Shown here: positions 16,420-26,835 of the stretch, one piece after another | Numbering within the stretch: the first letter of the stretch is position 1 | Layout: the number at the start of each line of letters is the position of its first letter | NCBI GenBank assembly: GCA_016188245.1 | Contig: JACPIE010000019.1 | Location: 1,442-65,441, forward strand | Direction: 5' to 3' | Origin: Candidatus Woesearchaeota archaeon | GTDB lineage: Archaea; Nanobdellota; Nanobdellia; Woesearchaeales; GW2011-AR4 | DNA length: 64,000 nucleotides | Notes under the pieces: model-generated | Seen by the model: only the letters and a program-made list of their open reading frames with translations | Databases searched by the model: none | Told to the model about the DNA's origin: nothing | Made by a program: the position numbers and the translations under genes

Positions 16420-18141
16420 TTATTCAAATCTGTATACTTCAAAAATCTCTAATGGCTTATTTGAGAACGAAAACGGAAGGAGGCCGTTAACATACGAATA
16501 GAAGCCGGCATGAGCCCAGGGGTTGTTTGTCCTAAGCGGGAAATGTGAGTTGTATTCTATTCTGTCCAATAAAACTAAGTTATTTTTCTCGTTTTCCAGG
16601 CTTCTTGGCACAGGGATTTTAGGGACAATTAGTATATCGCCTTGCTGCAATTTCCGCCTGTATGGATCATAAAAGGTATACCCTTCTCTTTCCATATAGT
16701 ATTTAAATCCTTCATGGCCTGTAAAAATTATATTTGATTCAGCATATCGAAGCGGGACATTTTGTGCAAAGTCCCTGTAAACCGCAGCATACTGGTAGTC
16801 GGCAATGCTTGCTGCCATGCTAACAATAATGTTCAAAACTATGACGGCAGCAAACATGTATGCAATGTGGCCTGTTTTTGCCTTGAATTTTCCGGCATAT
16901 TCTTCTGCCATCATCAAGAACAGCAAAATGAAAGGCGGCAGGATTATTACCAAATACCTTGCAGTTCCTCCTGCAACAAAAGTATGGAATATTAATCCCA
17001 GGAAGAACCATGCCCCAAGGAACAGCTTATTTGCATTCGTTTCATCGTATTTGTTATTTTTTATTGTGCTGTAAAGCGGCTTGGCTATAAATTGGGTCAA
17101 TTTTATAATAAAAAATAATGATGATGTCATGAATATTACAAGAAGAATAAGCTGGAAAACTGTGTATTGTCCAGATATAAATGATGATGACTTGAAGTAC
17201 AGGAGCACTGCGAATAACGAGTTAATCAGCGCCAGTGCAAATAGCAATACGGAATCTTTCCTTTGTTTCATAAATGGGTACACAAGAAAAATAAAAAATA
17301 TGGTGGTCCCGCCTATTTGGCTAAGATTTGATACTGCAAAAGGAATTATGCTCTCCAGAAATTTTCCAACTAGTCCTGCAGAAACTTCTTTGGTTACGTG
17401 CCATCCCAGGAAGAACCGTATAACATGCACTTTTCCGTAATGATACCATTCATTTGCAAACCATATCAGCGTTAAGAATATCGGAACAGCCAGATATAGG
17501 CCGTATCTCATCTTTTTTCTTAGGAAAGCATAGATGGCTATCAATGGAAATAAGATGATTGAATTATATTTGGTGAAAAAAGTCAAGGCAGCCAGTAATC
17601 CTGACAAAATAAGAAGAAGTTTATCATCCCTGTCCACGCCATTCGCAAAGGTCATAACTGATAGGAGAAATAATGCCATTACCGGCAAATCGTGCATAAA
17701 ATTGTGTGATGTAATTGCGAACATTGGGGTTGAAATCAGCAATAATGCCGCTACCATGTTCCATCTTGTGAATTTCTTTGAAAAATAATATATGCTTACT
17801 GCCGCAGTGATGCCGAACACTATAAAAAAAGCGTGGAGTATAAATTCATTTTTTCCGAAAAAATACTGTATTGATGCATAGTAATATGAGACAAGCGGTG
17901 GGCTTGTGTAAATAATCGCGCTAGTCAAGTTTCTGTTTTGCATGTACCATTCAAAGCCATAAGGGTCTAACGGCTTTTTATTCAGCTGATCAGCAATACT
18001 ATCAATGTAGATATCATCAATTGCCAATGCCCGGTTTAAAAAAGGAGCAGTTACAGTAATCAAAACTAGAATTATAAATGTAATTTTAATAAATTCAGAT
18101 TTTTTATTCGAAATTTCTTTTGAAATGCGCCACCCTCGCAA
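16420..18141 (-). CDS. GT39/GT83-like (PMT/ArnT-type) membrane glycosyltransferase, GT-C fold
   Basis: The 573-aa ORF has more than 10 predicted TM helices and a C-terminal soluble domain. The ALAIDDIYID acidic motif follows TM1, and a TKYNS-type loop is present. The ORF-track start is a TTG, so the start is uncertain. Confidence 0.7.
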   Translation of the reverse strand: MRGWRISKEISNKKSEFIKITFIILVLITVTAPFLNRALAIDDIYIDSIADQLNKKPLDPYGFEWYMQNRNLTSAIIYTSPPLVSYYYASIQYFFGKNEFILHAFFIVFGITAAVSIYYFSKKFTRWNMVAALLLISTPMFAITSHNFMHDLPVMALFLLSVMTFANGVDRDDKLLLILSGLLAALTFFTKYNSIILFPLIAIYAFLRKKMRYGLYLAVPIFLTLIWFANEWYHYGKVHVIRFFLGWHVTKEVSAGLVGKFLESIIPFAVSNLSQIGGTTIFFIFLVYPFMKQRKDSVLLFALALINSLFAVLLYFKSSSFISGQYTVFQLILLVIFMTSSLFFIIKLTQFIAKPLYSTIKNNKYDETNANKLFLGAWFFLGLIFHTFVAGGTARYLVIILPPFILLFLMMAEEYAGKFKAKTGHIAYMFAAVIVLNIIVSMAASIADYQYAAVYRDFAQNVPLRYAESNIIFTGHEGFKYYMEREGYTFYDPYRRKLQQGDILIVPKIPVPRSLENEKNNLVLLDRIEYNSHFPLRTNNPWAHAGFYSYVNGLLPFSFSNKPLEIFEVYRFE

Positions 18142-18212
18142 TGATAACCTCTTATGGATAATTTTGAAGATTTATAAAGCTATCTTATTCCTTGATTTTG
18201 GGCTAGGCAAGA

Positions 18213-18220
18213 TTTAAATA
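18213..18220 (+). promoter_or_regulatory. TATA box (TTTAAATA) for the GT2 gene
   Basis: The box centre lies about 27 nt upstream of ATG 18243. Confidence 0.5.
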
Positions 18221-18242
18221 GGGATTATTTTTTTAATGCATT

Positions 18243-19193
18243 ATGAAGGTGTCCATAATTATCGTCAACTATAATGGAAAATATCTTCTTAAAAAAATCC
18301 TTGCCTCAATTTACCGCTCAGAATTTAAGGACTGCAATATTATTGTTTTGGACAATGCATCCACTGACGGAAGCAGGGAATTTTTGAGGAAAAAACACCC
18401 AAAAATCATTGTTGCTGCAAATGAATCAAATCTTGGGTACTCTGGAATCAACAATGCCATCCGGCACTGCAAAGGAAAATATATCCTGTTTCTTAACAAT
18501 GACATGGAGCTGGAAAAGAATGCCATAGGAAAACTTGTTGCGGCCCTTGAGTCTGACAGTTCTGTAGCCATGGCAGCGCCGAAACTTGTCAACTATTACA
18601 ACAAAAGCCTGGTTTCGGGAGGCACATGGGTTTCCAGGGCATTTTACAACGGCCACATAAAGGGAAACGGAAAAAACAGCACCAAAGAGATACCATACCT
18701 CGGAGTTGGGATGATAAGGAAAGATTTTGTTGAAAAATTTGGATACCTGTTTGACCCTGATTACTTTATTTATGCCGAAGACCTCGATCTTGGGCTGAGG
18801 ATAAGGCTGGCCGGCAAAAAAGTATTGTTTGAGCCAAATGCAGTCATGTACCACATGCATGCCGCGACAACAAAGAAATCCGGCAGGTCATTCACAACTT
18901 TTTTGATGGAAAGGAACCTGCTTACCACATTTCTCAAGATTCTTTCGCCTGAAAATATAATTCTTTTTGCTCCTTATGTGCTGGCAATGAGGCTGCTTGC
19001 AGCCATCAGGGACTTGGTAGCGCTTGATGCTTCATCCGCCCTTGCAAGGCTGAGAGCTATGCTTTGGATTGTTTTTAATATGGACTTTATACTGAAAAAA
19101 AGGAAAGTAGTGCAGAAAATGAGGAAAGCAGACGATAAATTTATTTTAAAAGTATTCAGCGAAAGATATCTGTTTAAGCCTTTTGTCATATGA
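18243..19193 (+). CDS. GT2-family glycosyltransferase
   Basis: It has VSIIIVNYNG, VLDNASTDGS and LNNDMEL (DxD-like), as in rhamnosyltransferase-type GT2 enzymes. Confidence 0.85.
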   Translation: MKVSIIIVNYNGKYLLKKILASIYRSEFKDCNIIVLDNASTDGSREFLRKKHPKIIVAANESNLGYSGINNAIRHCKGKYILFLNNDMELEKNAIGKLVAALESDSSVAMAAPKLVNYYNKSLVSGGTWVSRAFYNGHIKGNGKNSTKEIPYLGVGMIRKDFVEKFGYLFDPDYFIYAEDLDLGLRIRLAGKKVLFEPNAVMYHMHAATTKKSGRSFTTFLMERNLLTTFLKILSPENIILFAPYVLAMRLLAAIRDLVALDASSALARLRAMLWIVFNMDFILKKRKVVQKMRKADDKFILKVFSERYLFKPFVI

Positions 19194-19196
19194 CTG

Positions 19197-20246
19197 CTAA
19201 TTTTTATTCTCTTCAGCCCACTGCACGAACCTTTTGATTCCTGCCTTTAGGCTGACTTTAGGGTTATAGCCGAGTTTTCTGATTTTTGCAAGGTCTGGGC
19301 ACCTTCTTCTTGGGTCTGCTTTTGCATATGCGTCTGTCGGGCCGTCCACGTGGGCTATCTTTGGCCTGTTGCCGAATATTCCAGATATGATCCCAGCCAA
19401 AGCCGACATGTTGATCTCGTCATTGTCATTGCCGACATTGAACGCTTCCCCGTCATGGCTGGAGAGCAGCACCTTGAAGAATCCGGTCATTGCATCCGTC
19501 ACATAGCAGAAAGTCCTAGTGTTGTTACCTGCGCCGTAAACCGGTATCGGCTTGTTTTGGAGGGCATTGGACACGAAATTAGGTATGACCCTGTAGTCAT
19601 CCAGCCTCATCCCCGGGCCAAAAATATTAAAAGGCCTCACAGATTTTACAGGAACTTTGTGCACCTGGCGGTATGCCACGCATAAAGTCTCCCCCAATCT
19701 TTTTGACTCGTCATAGTTTGACCTTGGGCCCGTGCATGACACATTCCCGTTGTAAGTTTCCGGAGTCGGAATGAACTGCGGATCAGGGTCACCATAAACC
19801 TCGCTTGAGCTGAAAAAAAGCATGCTCCTGATTTTTTTGTCTTTTGCCAGCTCAAGCATGTTTTTTGTTCCCAACACCCCGACATCAATTGTTTCTATTA
19901 TATACTTCCTGTAGAACTTCGGCGAGGCGATGCCTGCGGCATGTATAACATAATCAATGTCCTCATCTATCTTAATCTGGTTCTTTATGTCATGGGTGAT
20001 TGCCTTAAAATTTTGGCCTTCCGGCACACTATACTTTACCCCAGTTATGAAATTATCAGCTGAAATTACCCTGCACGGCTTTTTCAGCACATTCTTATTG
20101 AGAAAATTTAAAACTCCAATGAAGTAATTGCCCAAAAATCCAGCTCCTCCAGTTATCAGCAAAGTTTTTCCGGCGAGCTTTGAAGAGTCTTTTGCAATGT
20201 CTTTTGAAATTGCCTCAATGTCCTCTTCCATAATTTTGCTTGCCAT
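19197..20246 (-). CDS. NAD-dependent epimerase/dehydratase (UDP-glucuronate decarboxylase-like SDR)
   Basis: The motifs ITGGAGFLGNY, FSSSSEVYGDP, YDESKRLGE and RPFNIFGPGM fit this family. Confidence 0.8.
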   Translation of the reverse strand: MASKIMEEDIEAISKDIAKDSSKLAGKTLLITGGAGFLGNYFIGVLNFLNKNVLKKPCRVISADNFITGVKYSVPEGQNFKAITHDIKNQIKIDEDIDYVIHAAGIASPKFYRKYIIETIDVGVLGTKNMLELAKDKKIRSMLFFSSSEVYGDPDPQFIPTPETYNGNVSCTGPRSNYDESKRLGETLCVAYRQVHKVPVKSVRPFNIFGPGMRLDDYRVIPNFVSNALQNKPIPVYGAGNNTRTFCYVTDAMTGFFKVLLSSHDGEAFNVGNDNDEINMSALAGIISGIFGNRPKIAHVDGPTDAYAKADPRRRCPDLAKIRKLGYNPKVSLKAGIKRFVQWAEENKN

Positions 20247-20250
20247 TGCA

Positions 20251-20643
20251 TCAAATCAATTTGTATTTTTTTGTGTGCTCTGAAAGATTATGGCTTTCTC
20301 TTTTGCCGGTTGTCAGATTAAGCATGACGGAATCTTTCAGGAATCTCATGGCATGCGCCACCATTGGAGGGGTTATAACTAAATCTCCGGGCCCTATTAC
20401 ATTTTTTTCCTCTTTTGAATCCTTGCCTCTGAGGTCCTTTGACACGCTTTCATAGCTGCCGCTTATGAGGTATTCATACTGTATCTGGTCAGGATGATAG
20501 TGGTTTCCCCTTATGGAGCCTTTTTTCGAGCTTATTATTGCAACATGCGATATTGGCTCTTCTAAAATATTGGCAATCGCCCCCCTTTCATCTTCAAATT
20601 CAGGGCTTATTTTTTTAACAGTTTCATTTGGCAAATCAACCAC
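20251..20643 (-). CDS. Cupin-fold sugar 3,4-ketoisomerase-like protein (FdtA/WxcM-like)
   Basis: FEDERGAI...KGSIRGNHYH is the signature seen in WxcM/FdtA-type cupins. The protein is 130 aa and starts with GTG. Confidence 0.6.
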   Translation of the reverse strand: MVDLPNETVKKISPEFEDERGAIANILEEPISHVAIISSKKGSIRGNHYHPDQIQYEYLISGSYESVSKDLRGKDSKEEKNVIGPGDLVITPPMVAHAMRFLKDSVMLNLTTGKRESHNLSEHTKKYKLI

Positions 20644-20714
20644 CCTCTGTATTTTGTTTATCCGGCTAGAGCTTCCAATCCATTATAAATTTTTCTTTTT
20701 GGCATTTCCATCGC

Positions 20715-21935
20715 TCATATTGTTCTAAGCTCAGGCAGCGGAATTATGAATTTTACTCCCTTGCCTGAGTATTTTTTGGTCTTGGCTAAAATCTCTTCTG
20801 CAAAATTCCATGCAAGTATCAGGACATAATCCGGCTTTTTTTTGTCAAGGGCATCTGGGCCGACAACAGGTATGCGGGTTCCGGGCGTGTACAGCCCTAT
20901 TTTTAAGGGGTTTTCATCGACGATATAATCAAGAAAGTTCCTGCCAATGCCGCAGAAATTCAGCAGCGTGGTGGATTTAGCAGGGGCCCCATATCCTGCA
21001 ATCGACATACCCTTATTTTTTATGCCTTCCAGGCAAGACTTAAGATTTTCCCTGACAGAGTAAACATTGCCTGCAAATTCCCTGTAAAGCTTGAGGTCTT
21101 CAACTCCGATTTCCTGCTCATGCTTCAGTATCATGCCGACATTTTTGCCTGCCTTATGGCTTCCATTATTTTTTTTGGCAAATACCCTTAAGGAGCCGCC
21201 ATGCGAGTCAACCCTCTGGGCGTCAAAAATCTCCATTTCGTGCCTTTTGAAAAAATTAGCCAAGGAAGTCAATGTGAAATAGGAGAGGTGCTCATGGTAT
21301 ATGTTGTCGAAAGTCATCTTCTCTATGGTGTCTACGAGATATTGGACTTCAATGACTAAAATGCCGTCTTTCTTGAGCAGGAATTTCACATTTTCCGCGA
21401 AATCATCAATGTCATTGACATGCGCAAATACATTTGCCGCTGTAACGACATCGGCATGGCCCTTCCTTGCAACAATCTCTTTGGCAGCATCCTTGCCGAA
21501 GAATCCGTTTATAGTCTCAACACCATTTTCTTCTGCAATCTTTGCAACATTTGCTGCAGGCTCTACACCTATTGTCCGCACATTGAATCTCTTGAAGCCT
21601 TTCAAGAGAATGCCGTCATTGCTCCCTACATCAACAGCCAAAGATTTTTCATCGAGATTGAAATCTTTTGAAATGTCTTCTGCCATCCTGGCAAAATGCG
21701 CCCTGAAAGTGCCAGAAGTTGAGCTGACATAAACATAATTTTTGAACATGGCTTCGGCAGGCACAACATAAGTCAGCTGCACAAGCTTGCAGTCCTGGCA
21801 GAAGCACACAGCCAGCGGAAATGACTCTTCTTTCAGGCTCAGACTTTCTTTTGGCAGGAAGCTGTTTGCCAGCGGAGTTTTACCTAGCGAAAGAAATTCC
21901 TTCAAGTCATTGTTCCTGCAAATTCTACATTCCAT
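20715..21935 (-). CDS. NDP-hexose C-methyltransferase (TylCIII-like) with an N-terminal Zn-ribbon
   Basis: It has CRICRNNDLKEFLSLGKTPLANSF...CQDCKLVQL, then VDVGSNDG (SAM motif I), then the C-terminal C-methyltransferase domain. Confidence 0.8.
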   Translation of the reverse strand: MECRICRNNDLKEFLSLGKTPLANSFLPKESLSLKEESFPLAVCFCQDCKLVQLTYVVPAEAMFKNYVYVSSTSGTFRAHFARMAEDISKDFNLDEKSLAVDVGSNDGILLKGFKRFNVRTIGVEPAANVAKIAEENGVETINGFFGKDAAKEIVARKGHADVVTAANVFAHVNDIDDFAENVKFLLKKDGILVIEVQYLVDTIEKMTFDNIYHEHLSYFTLTSLANFFKRHEMEIFDAQRVDSHGGSLRVFAKKNNGSHKAGKNVGMILKHEQEIGVEDLKLYREFAGNVYSVRENLKSCLEGIKNKGMSIAGYGAPAKSTTLLNFCGIGRNFLDYIVDENPLKIGLYTPGTRIPVVGPDALDKKKPDYVLILAWNFAEEILAKTKKYSGKGVKFIIPLPELRTI

Positions 21936-21957
21936 TGGCTTTTGGAATAACCCATTA

Positions 21958-21965
21958 TTTATAAA
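21958..21965 (-). promoter_or_regulatory. TATA box (TTTATAAA) for the C-methyltransferase operon
   Basis: The box centre lies about 26 nt upstream of ATG 21935. Confidence 0.5.
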
Positions 21966-22002
21966 ATTATTGAGCAGCGCTTGAATAATTGTTCCAACAA
22001 CC

Positions 22003-22010
22003 TTTATATA
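22003..22010 (+). promoter_or_regulatory. TATA box (TTTATATA) for the oxidoreductase/GT2 operon
   Basis: The box centre lies about 27 nt upstream of ATG 22034. It falls inside the N-terminal extension proposed by the ORF track. Confidence 0.5.
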
Positions 22011-22033
22011 ATGGTGCAGGCTTAATCGCCAAA

Positions 22034-23026
22034 ATGAAAAAGACGATAGGGGTCATTGGCGCCGGAAGATGGGGCAGAAATTATCTGAGGACATTCAATG
22101 AGCTGGGCTGCAGGATAAAATGGGTCTGCTCAACAAGAGACGCCACTCTGAAGGAAGCGCTTGCAGATACAAAAGTTGCCGCAAAGACAACAAAAAATTA
22201 CAGGGAAATCCTGGAAGACAATGAGGTTGATGCGGTTGCTATAGCAGCTCCAAGTTCGATGCATTACAGGCTGGCAAAAGAATCTTTGCAGTCAGGCAAG
22301 CATGTCCTTGTCGAAAAGCCCATTGCCTTCAGCTCAAAAAATGTTGAGGAGCTGATAAGGATTTCAGGCCGAAAAAACAGGATTCTGATGGCAGGCCACC
22401 AGCAGCTTTTCAATCCGGGAGTACAGAAGATGAAGGAAGATATTGGCAAGGGAATGTTTGGAAAGATAAACTTCATTAATTCCGTTCATTTCGGCAACGG
22501 CCCCATAAGGGCTGACATGAGCGCCCTCTGGGATTTTTTCCCTCATAGCGTTTCAATTTTGATTTATCTTCTTGGAAAATCTCCGGTAACTGTAAGTGCA
22601 AGCGGAAAATCATTCATCAACAAGGGAATCGAGGACATTGCAACAATGGATGCGGTTTTTCCGGACAATGTTTTTTCAGCTTCAATCGGGAGCTGGATGT
22701 ATCCGGTTAAAAAGATGGAGATTGTTGTTGCAGCTGAAAAATTGTATGCATCGTTTGATGACTGCGCGCAGGCTGAAAAATTAAAATATTATTGCATCAG
22801 TCCAAACGCGGCAGGCGGCAAAATTTCCATCAAGGATAAAGGATTTAAAGTGCCGAAGATTAGCAATGCAAGGCCGCTGACAGAGGAATTAAAACATTTT
22901 CTCGACTGCATTGAAAAAAATATGATCCCGATTACAGGCGGCGAACAGGCGCTTAAAGTCACAAAAGTACTGGAAGCTGCCCAGAAATCATTGAACAGGA
23001 ACGGCCAGCCGGTCAAAGTCAAGTGA
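22034..23026 (+). CDS. Gfo/Idh/MocA-family oxidoreductase
   Basis: It has [25 protein letters not shown] and AGHQQLFNP. The start is moved from 21989 to 22034 on the TATA spacing and the family-typical N terminus. Confidence 0.85.
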   Translation: MKKTIGVIGAGRWGRNYLRTFNELGCRIKWVCSTRDATLKEALADTKVAAKTTKNYREILEDNEVDAVAIAAPSSMHYRLAKESLQSGKHVLVEKPIAFSSKNVEELIRISGRKNRILMAGHQQLFNPGVQKMKEDIGKGMFGKINFINSVHFGNGPIRADMSALWDFFPHSVSILIYLLGKSPVTVSASGKSFINKGIEDIATMDAVFPDNVFSASIGSWMYPVKKMEIVVAAEKLYASFDDCAQAEKLKYYCISPNAAGGKISIKDKGFKVPKISNARPLTEELKHFLDCIEKNMIPITGGEQALKVTKVLEAAQKSLNRNGQPVKVK

Positions 23027-23030
23027 GAGC

Positions 23031-23735
23031 ATGAAACTATCCATTCTTATTCCGGTATTCAATGAATCAAATACACTGATGGAAATACTGGCAAAGATAA
23101 AAAAAGTGGATTTGGGCGGCATAGGAAAAGAAGTAATCATTGTAGATGACGCGTCTACAGACGGCTCAAGAGAAATAATAAAAAAGCTTGGAAAGAAATA
23201 TGTGAAGATATTCCAGCCAAGGAACATGGGCAAAGGCGCTGCATTGAAGGCAGGCATCAGGGCAGCCACTGGAGATTTTGTCATTTTCCAGGATGCTGAT
23301 CTGGAATATGACCCTCAAGACTACATAAAACTGCTGCAGCCTATCCTCGGCAATAGGTCAGATGTGGCTTTTGGCTCAAGGTTTGTCAACCAAAGGCTTG
23401 TTCTCTTCGGAAAGGACAGGATAGCGCACCCGACACATTACATTGGCAACAAATTTCTTACAACTACCTTTAACATCCTTTACGGAACAGAATTGACGGA
23501 TGTGGAACCGTGCTATAAAATGTTCAAAAGCAGCATATTAAAAAATACTGATGTTGTATCAAACGGATTTGAGTATGACATAGAGCTTATGTGCAGGCTG
23601 GTGAAGAAAGGGCACAAGATAATCCAAATTCCAATAAGGTACAATCCCAGAAGCTTTCAGGAAGGCAAGAAAATAAACTGGAGAGACGGGATAACTGCTT
23701 TTCTAATCATGCTGAAGTTTAGGATTAATTCTTAA
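23031..23735 (+). CDS. GT2-family glycosyltransferase (dolichyl-phosphate mannose/glucose synthase-like)
   Basis: It has [33 protein letters not shown] and QDADLEYDP. It is a close paralogue of 43475-44176. Confidence 0.85.
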   Translation: MKLSILIPVFNESNTLMEILAKIKKVDLGGIGKEVIIVDDASTDGSREIIKKLGKKYVKIFQPRNMGKGAALKAGIRAATGDFVIFQDADLEYDPQDYIKLLQPILGNRSDVAFGSRFVNQRLVLFGKDRIAHPTHYIGNKFLTTTFNILYGTELTDVEPCYKMFKSSILKNTDVVSNGFEYDIELMCRLVKKGHKIIQIPIRYNPRSFQEGKKINWRDGITAFLIMLKFRINS

Positions 23736-25224
23736 TCTTATAGATCCTGGTACCTGTTGCCTCATTTTCATATATCTTGGAATTTTCATCAAGTTTCTTG
23801 GCAATGGCCGGGCTTAAAACAGCCTTCCTGTCAAGCCTGAAGTTTTGGTTTGAAAAAATGTAGTCTGCTTTTTCAAGGTTATCTGTTTCAGCAGCGATAG
23901 TCTGCCTCCCAATATTGTAGGAAATGCACTGGCTGCCGGTAAGAAATTTATCATCTTTGCCTGTGTTTGACTTTGCCCATTCAAAGTCTTGCTTATAGAA
24001 ATCCCATTCCTTTGCAGCCATGCTTATTTTCACGAATGAGGCCAATATAAATCCTGCAATGATTAATGTAATCGCCACAATAAGTATTTTCCTTAAATTT
24101 GGATGCATTTTCTGCAGCCCATGGGCCCATACAAGCGCCAATGCAGGAAAAGCCGGAAGCAGGAACCTTGCAACAGTCCAACTTGAGTTTAAAATATAAA
24201 GAAGCGCCAAAACTATGAATGATACAATCCAGATAACCAATACTCCCTTATGCTCTAATCTTCTGTATCTCACTATCCCTGCAAAAAAAGGAATCAAAAA
24301 TATTAATGTTCCAAAAAGCCAAATCCATATTAATATATTCAAATAAGGCAGCCTGAAAAAAAACAATGAATTTGGGTCTCCATTCGGCACTCCGAAAACC
24401 TCAAGATAGATTGATGCTGCGCCATCAATGCTTAATATGTTTTTGGCAGTCACATTGCCTATTCCGGTTTTTGCAAAAGTGCCCATCTCTAGCCCGTGAA
24501 ACAGGTTGTTCATGAACGGCCATACGGGATTTCCAAGGTAAGCCCAGTTCCTTATGAACCAAACAGAGCCTACTGCCAAAGAAACAGCCAAAATGATAAG
24601 TGAATTTTTCAGGGCATTCTTTTTATTTCTAAGGCAGACTATGTACAAAAGCACAGGCAGAATAAAAATGCCGTTGTATTTTGTTAATACAGCAAGCCCC
24701 GCGGCAATTGCGCATAAAAATATCATGTTTTCCAGTGCAAGATACACACTTAATATGGCGAGAAATGCCACCATGCCGTCCACATAGCTGAACACAGAAT
24801 AATCAATGCTCAACGGAATGAATGCCATGAAAAGCAGCGAGTAAAATGCCGTTTTTCTGTTAAATAATTTTTTTGCTATCTGGAAAGACAGGATTAATGT
24901 AAGCGATCCCAGTAAAGGTGAAAGCATCTTCACTGCAAAATCCGCTGCCCCTGTCCCAAAGCTCCGGAATGCATTATAGATGAATGCAGCCACAATATGG
25001 AACAATGGGGGCGCCCAAAACGGCTCGTCCCTTCCGAACTGTTCGAATAAAGGAATTTTATGATTTTCAGCAATGAACCTCGAGTTTGAAAGCTGCCAGC
25101 ACGCATCCCCTGAAACATGATAAATTGATGCAAGATAAAATCTTATGATTATGCCTATTATGATTATGGCTATTGATAGTTTTGTGTACTTGTCGAGATT
25201 ATTGAATTTCGTGATTAAGCTCAT
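23725..25224 (-). CDS. GT39/ArnT-like membrane glycosyltransferase (GT-C fold)
   Basis: The 499-aa multi-TM ORF has an acidic motif after TM1 ([12 protein letters not shown]...[10 protein letters not shown]), an LTKYNG loop and a C-terminal soluble domain. Confidence 0.7.
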   Translation of the reverse strand: MSLITKFNNLDKYTKLSIAIIIIGIIIRFYLASIYHVSGDACWQLSNSRFIAENHKIPLFEQFGRDEPFWAPPLFHIVAAFIYNAFRSFGTGAADFAVKMLSPLLGSLTLILSFQIAKKLFNRKTAFYSLLFMAFIPLSIDYSVFSYVDGMVAFLAILSVYLALENMIFLCAIAAGLAVLTKYNGIFILPVLLYIVCLRNKKNALKNSLIILAVSLAVGSVWFIRNWAYLGNPVWPFMNNLFHGLEMGTFAKTGIGNVTAKNILSIDGAASIYLEVFGVPNGDPNSLFFFRLPYLNILIWIWLFGTLIFLIPFFAGIVRYRRLEHKGVLVIWIVSFIVLALLYILNSSWTVARFLLPAFPALALVWAHGLQKMHPNLRKILIVAITLIIAGFILASFVKISMAAKEWDFYKQDFEWAKSNTGKDDKFLTGSQCISYNIGRQTIAAETDNLEKADYIFSNQNFRLDRKAVLSPAIAKKLDENSKIYENEATGTRIYKIKN

Positions 25225-25253
25225 TTTAATCCTAGAAAATGTTATGTATTATT

Positions 25254-26321
25254 TTAAATAAATTGTCTTTTTGAACTTATAGAATTAGCATAGTTATTCA
25301 TAGCACTAGTGAACCCATCGATATCCCCTTCTTGAACTAAAACACCTTTTTTAATAAACTCTTTAAACAATTCTTTATGAACTCCAACATCAAAAGCAAC
25401 TACTGGTTTTCCACATGCTTGGGCTTCTACAGCAGGTAAGTTAAACCCTTCATCAGATGAGGCAGTCACATAGACATCAGATATTGCATAATAAGCCGGT
25501 AAGTCCTTATCACTTACTTCACCAGTAAAAATTATATCTTCATCTGCTATACTTAATAATTTTTTAAAATAACCTTTAAACGTTTCCTTTCCCACTATTA
25601 ACAGTTTATATTCTGGATGCTCTTTTTTTTCCATTTTGAACATTTTAATTAATAACTCTACTCTTTTGCTAGTAGCAAGTCGTCCAACATACAAGAAAAC
25701 TTTTTTATTTTGTAAATTATATTCTTTTATTATTTGATTTACTTTATCAAAATTCAATTTTTTTACATTTGCATTGAATCTTTTTTTATCAATTTCATTG
25801 TATTCAACACGCGTTTTATCTATAGATATACATGACTCTTCAATTAATTTATTACGTACAAAGTTACTTACACACTCAATTTCATCCGCTTTGTTGAGAT
25901 AGCTGTAATACAATATTTTATAGATTTTCATATGCATTTTTGCAAATGCACTTTCCCCTGGTGCTATACCGCTAAACCAAGCTATGTATTTTGAACCGTA
26001 TCTTTTTTTTGCTTGATATGCAAGGGCGTCCATAGGATAAAGGAAAGATATAATCTTGTCGTAGTCTTTTAACATATTAACATATTTTTCTTTTGTAATA
26101 AAAAAAGGTAAAAATCTGTAATAAAATCTAATTAAGTAAGACGAATAGTTATCAGGTACTCCAAAATCTATAACCTTGTATCCTTTTGGCTTAATTTTTG
26201 CTTCAAATGCAAAAACAGTTACATCATGACCTTTTTTTGAAAGCCGTTCTGCTCTATCTTGCGCTACCCTATCTACACCACTATAATAATTAAATGTAGG
26301 AGTAAGTATGGCTATTTTCAT
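25254..26321 (-). CDS. GT4-family glycosyltransferase
   Basis: It has MKIAILTPTF...SGVDRV and SSDEGFNLPAVEAQACGKPVVA (E-x7-E region). By eye it is more A+T-rich than its neighbours. Confidence 0.8.
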   Translation of the reverse strand: MKIAILTPTFNYYSGVDRVAQDRAERLSKKGHDVTVFAFEAKIKPKGYKVIDFGVPDNYSSYLIRFYYRFLPFFITKEKYVNMLKDYDKIISFLYPMDALAYQAKKRYGSKYIAWFSGIAPGESAFAKMHMKIYKILYYSYLNKADEIECVSNFVRNKLIEESCISIDKTRVEYNEIDKKRFNANVKKLNFDKVNQIIKEYNLQNKKVFLYVGRLATSKRVELLIKMFKMEKKEHPEYKLLIVGKETFKGYFKKLLSIADEDIIFTGEVSDKDLPAYYAISDVYVTASSDEGFNLPAVEAQACGKPVVAFDVGVHKELFKEFIKKGVLVQEGDIDGFTSAMNNYANSISSKRQFI

Positions 26322-26497
26322 TAACGAATGACACCCCCTAAATAGAAGTAATTTTCAATCCTTTTTAAACCTATTCTTTGCTTAAAGCAAACATTTTTAG
26401 ATGGTATATTCCTTGTAAAACCATTAAGAATTATAGGTAGAATTATGAAAATTGTTAATATAAATATTAGACCAAACTTGCCCTCTTTTTTCATCAT
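26321..26497 (-). CDS. Small membrane protein (58 aa), below the ORF-track cutoff
   Basis: Hand translation gives MMKKEGKFGLIFILTIFIILPIILNGFTRNIPSKNVCFKQRIGLKRIENYFYLGGVIR. A GAGGAG SD lies upstream. Its TAA overlaps the GT4 ATG (TAATG). Confidence 0.3.
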   Translation of the reverse strand: MMKKEGKFGLIFILTIFIILPIILNGFTRNIPSKNVCFKQRIGLKRIENYFYLGGVIR

Positions 26498-26835
26498 CAC
26501 TCCTCTTATACTATGGCGAAACTAAAGATTATTTGTTTAGAACATATATTTAAGTTTTGCTATTCGTTAGTAGAATGACCTTAATTTAATGTAGTATACA
26601 AAATATATATCCAAAACCATATATCATCAAATTCTTCCAGCCAAATGCTTATAACTTTCAGCTTCAAAACCATGAAAAATACCTCAGTGGAAATAACCAA
26701 GGAGGTCTTAATTTTTCATACTCTTCCTTGCTTATAACAGCTTTTTCCATACGGCATTCAAATAGATTATCCTTTAGAAATATTGCTGAAAAAGTTTTGG
26801 GCTGGAAAGTCTCTGGATATAAGATCCCAAAAAAA

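Noticed and set aside
21989-22033. The 15-codon N-terminal extension (MFQQPLYNGAGLIAK) of the Gfo/Idh/MocA gene in the ORF track.
   Set aside because: The extension contains the TTTATATA box that serves the gene, and the family-typical Rossmann N terminus begins at [11 protein letters not shown] (22034).
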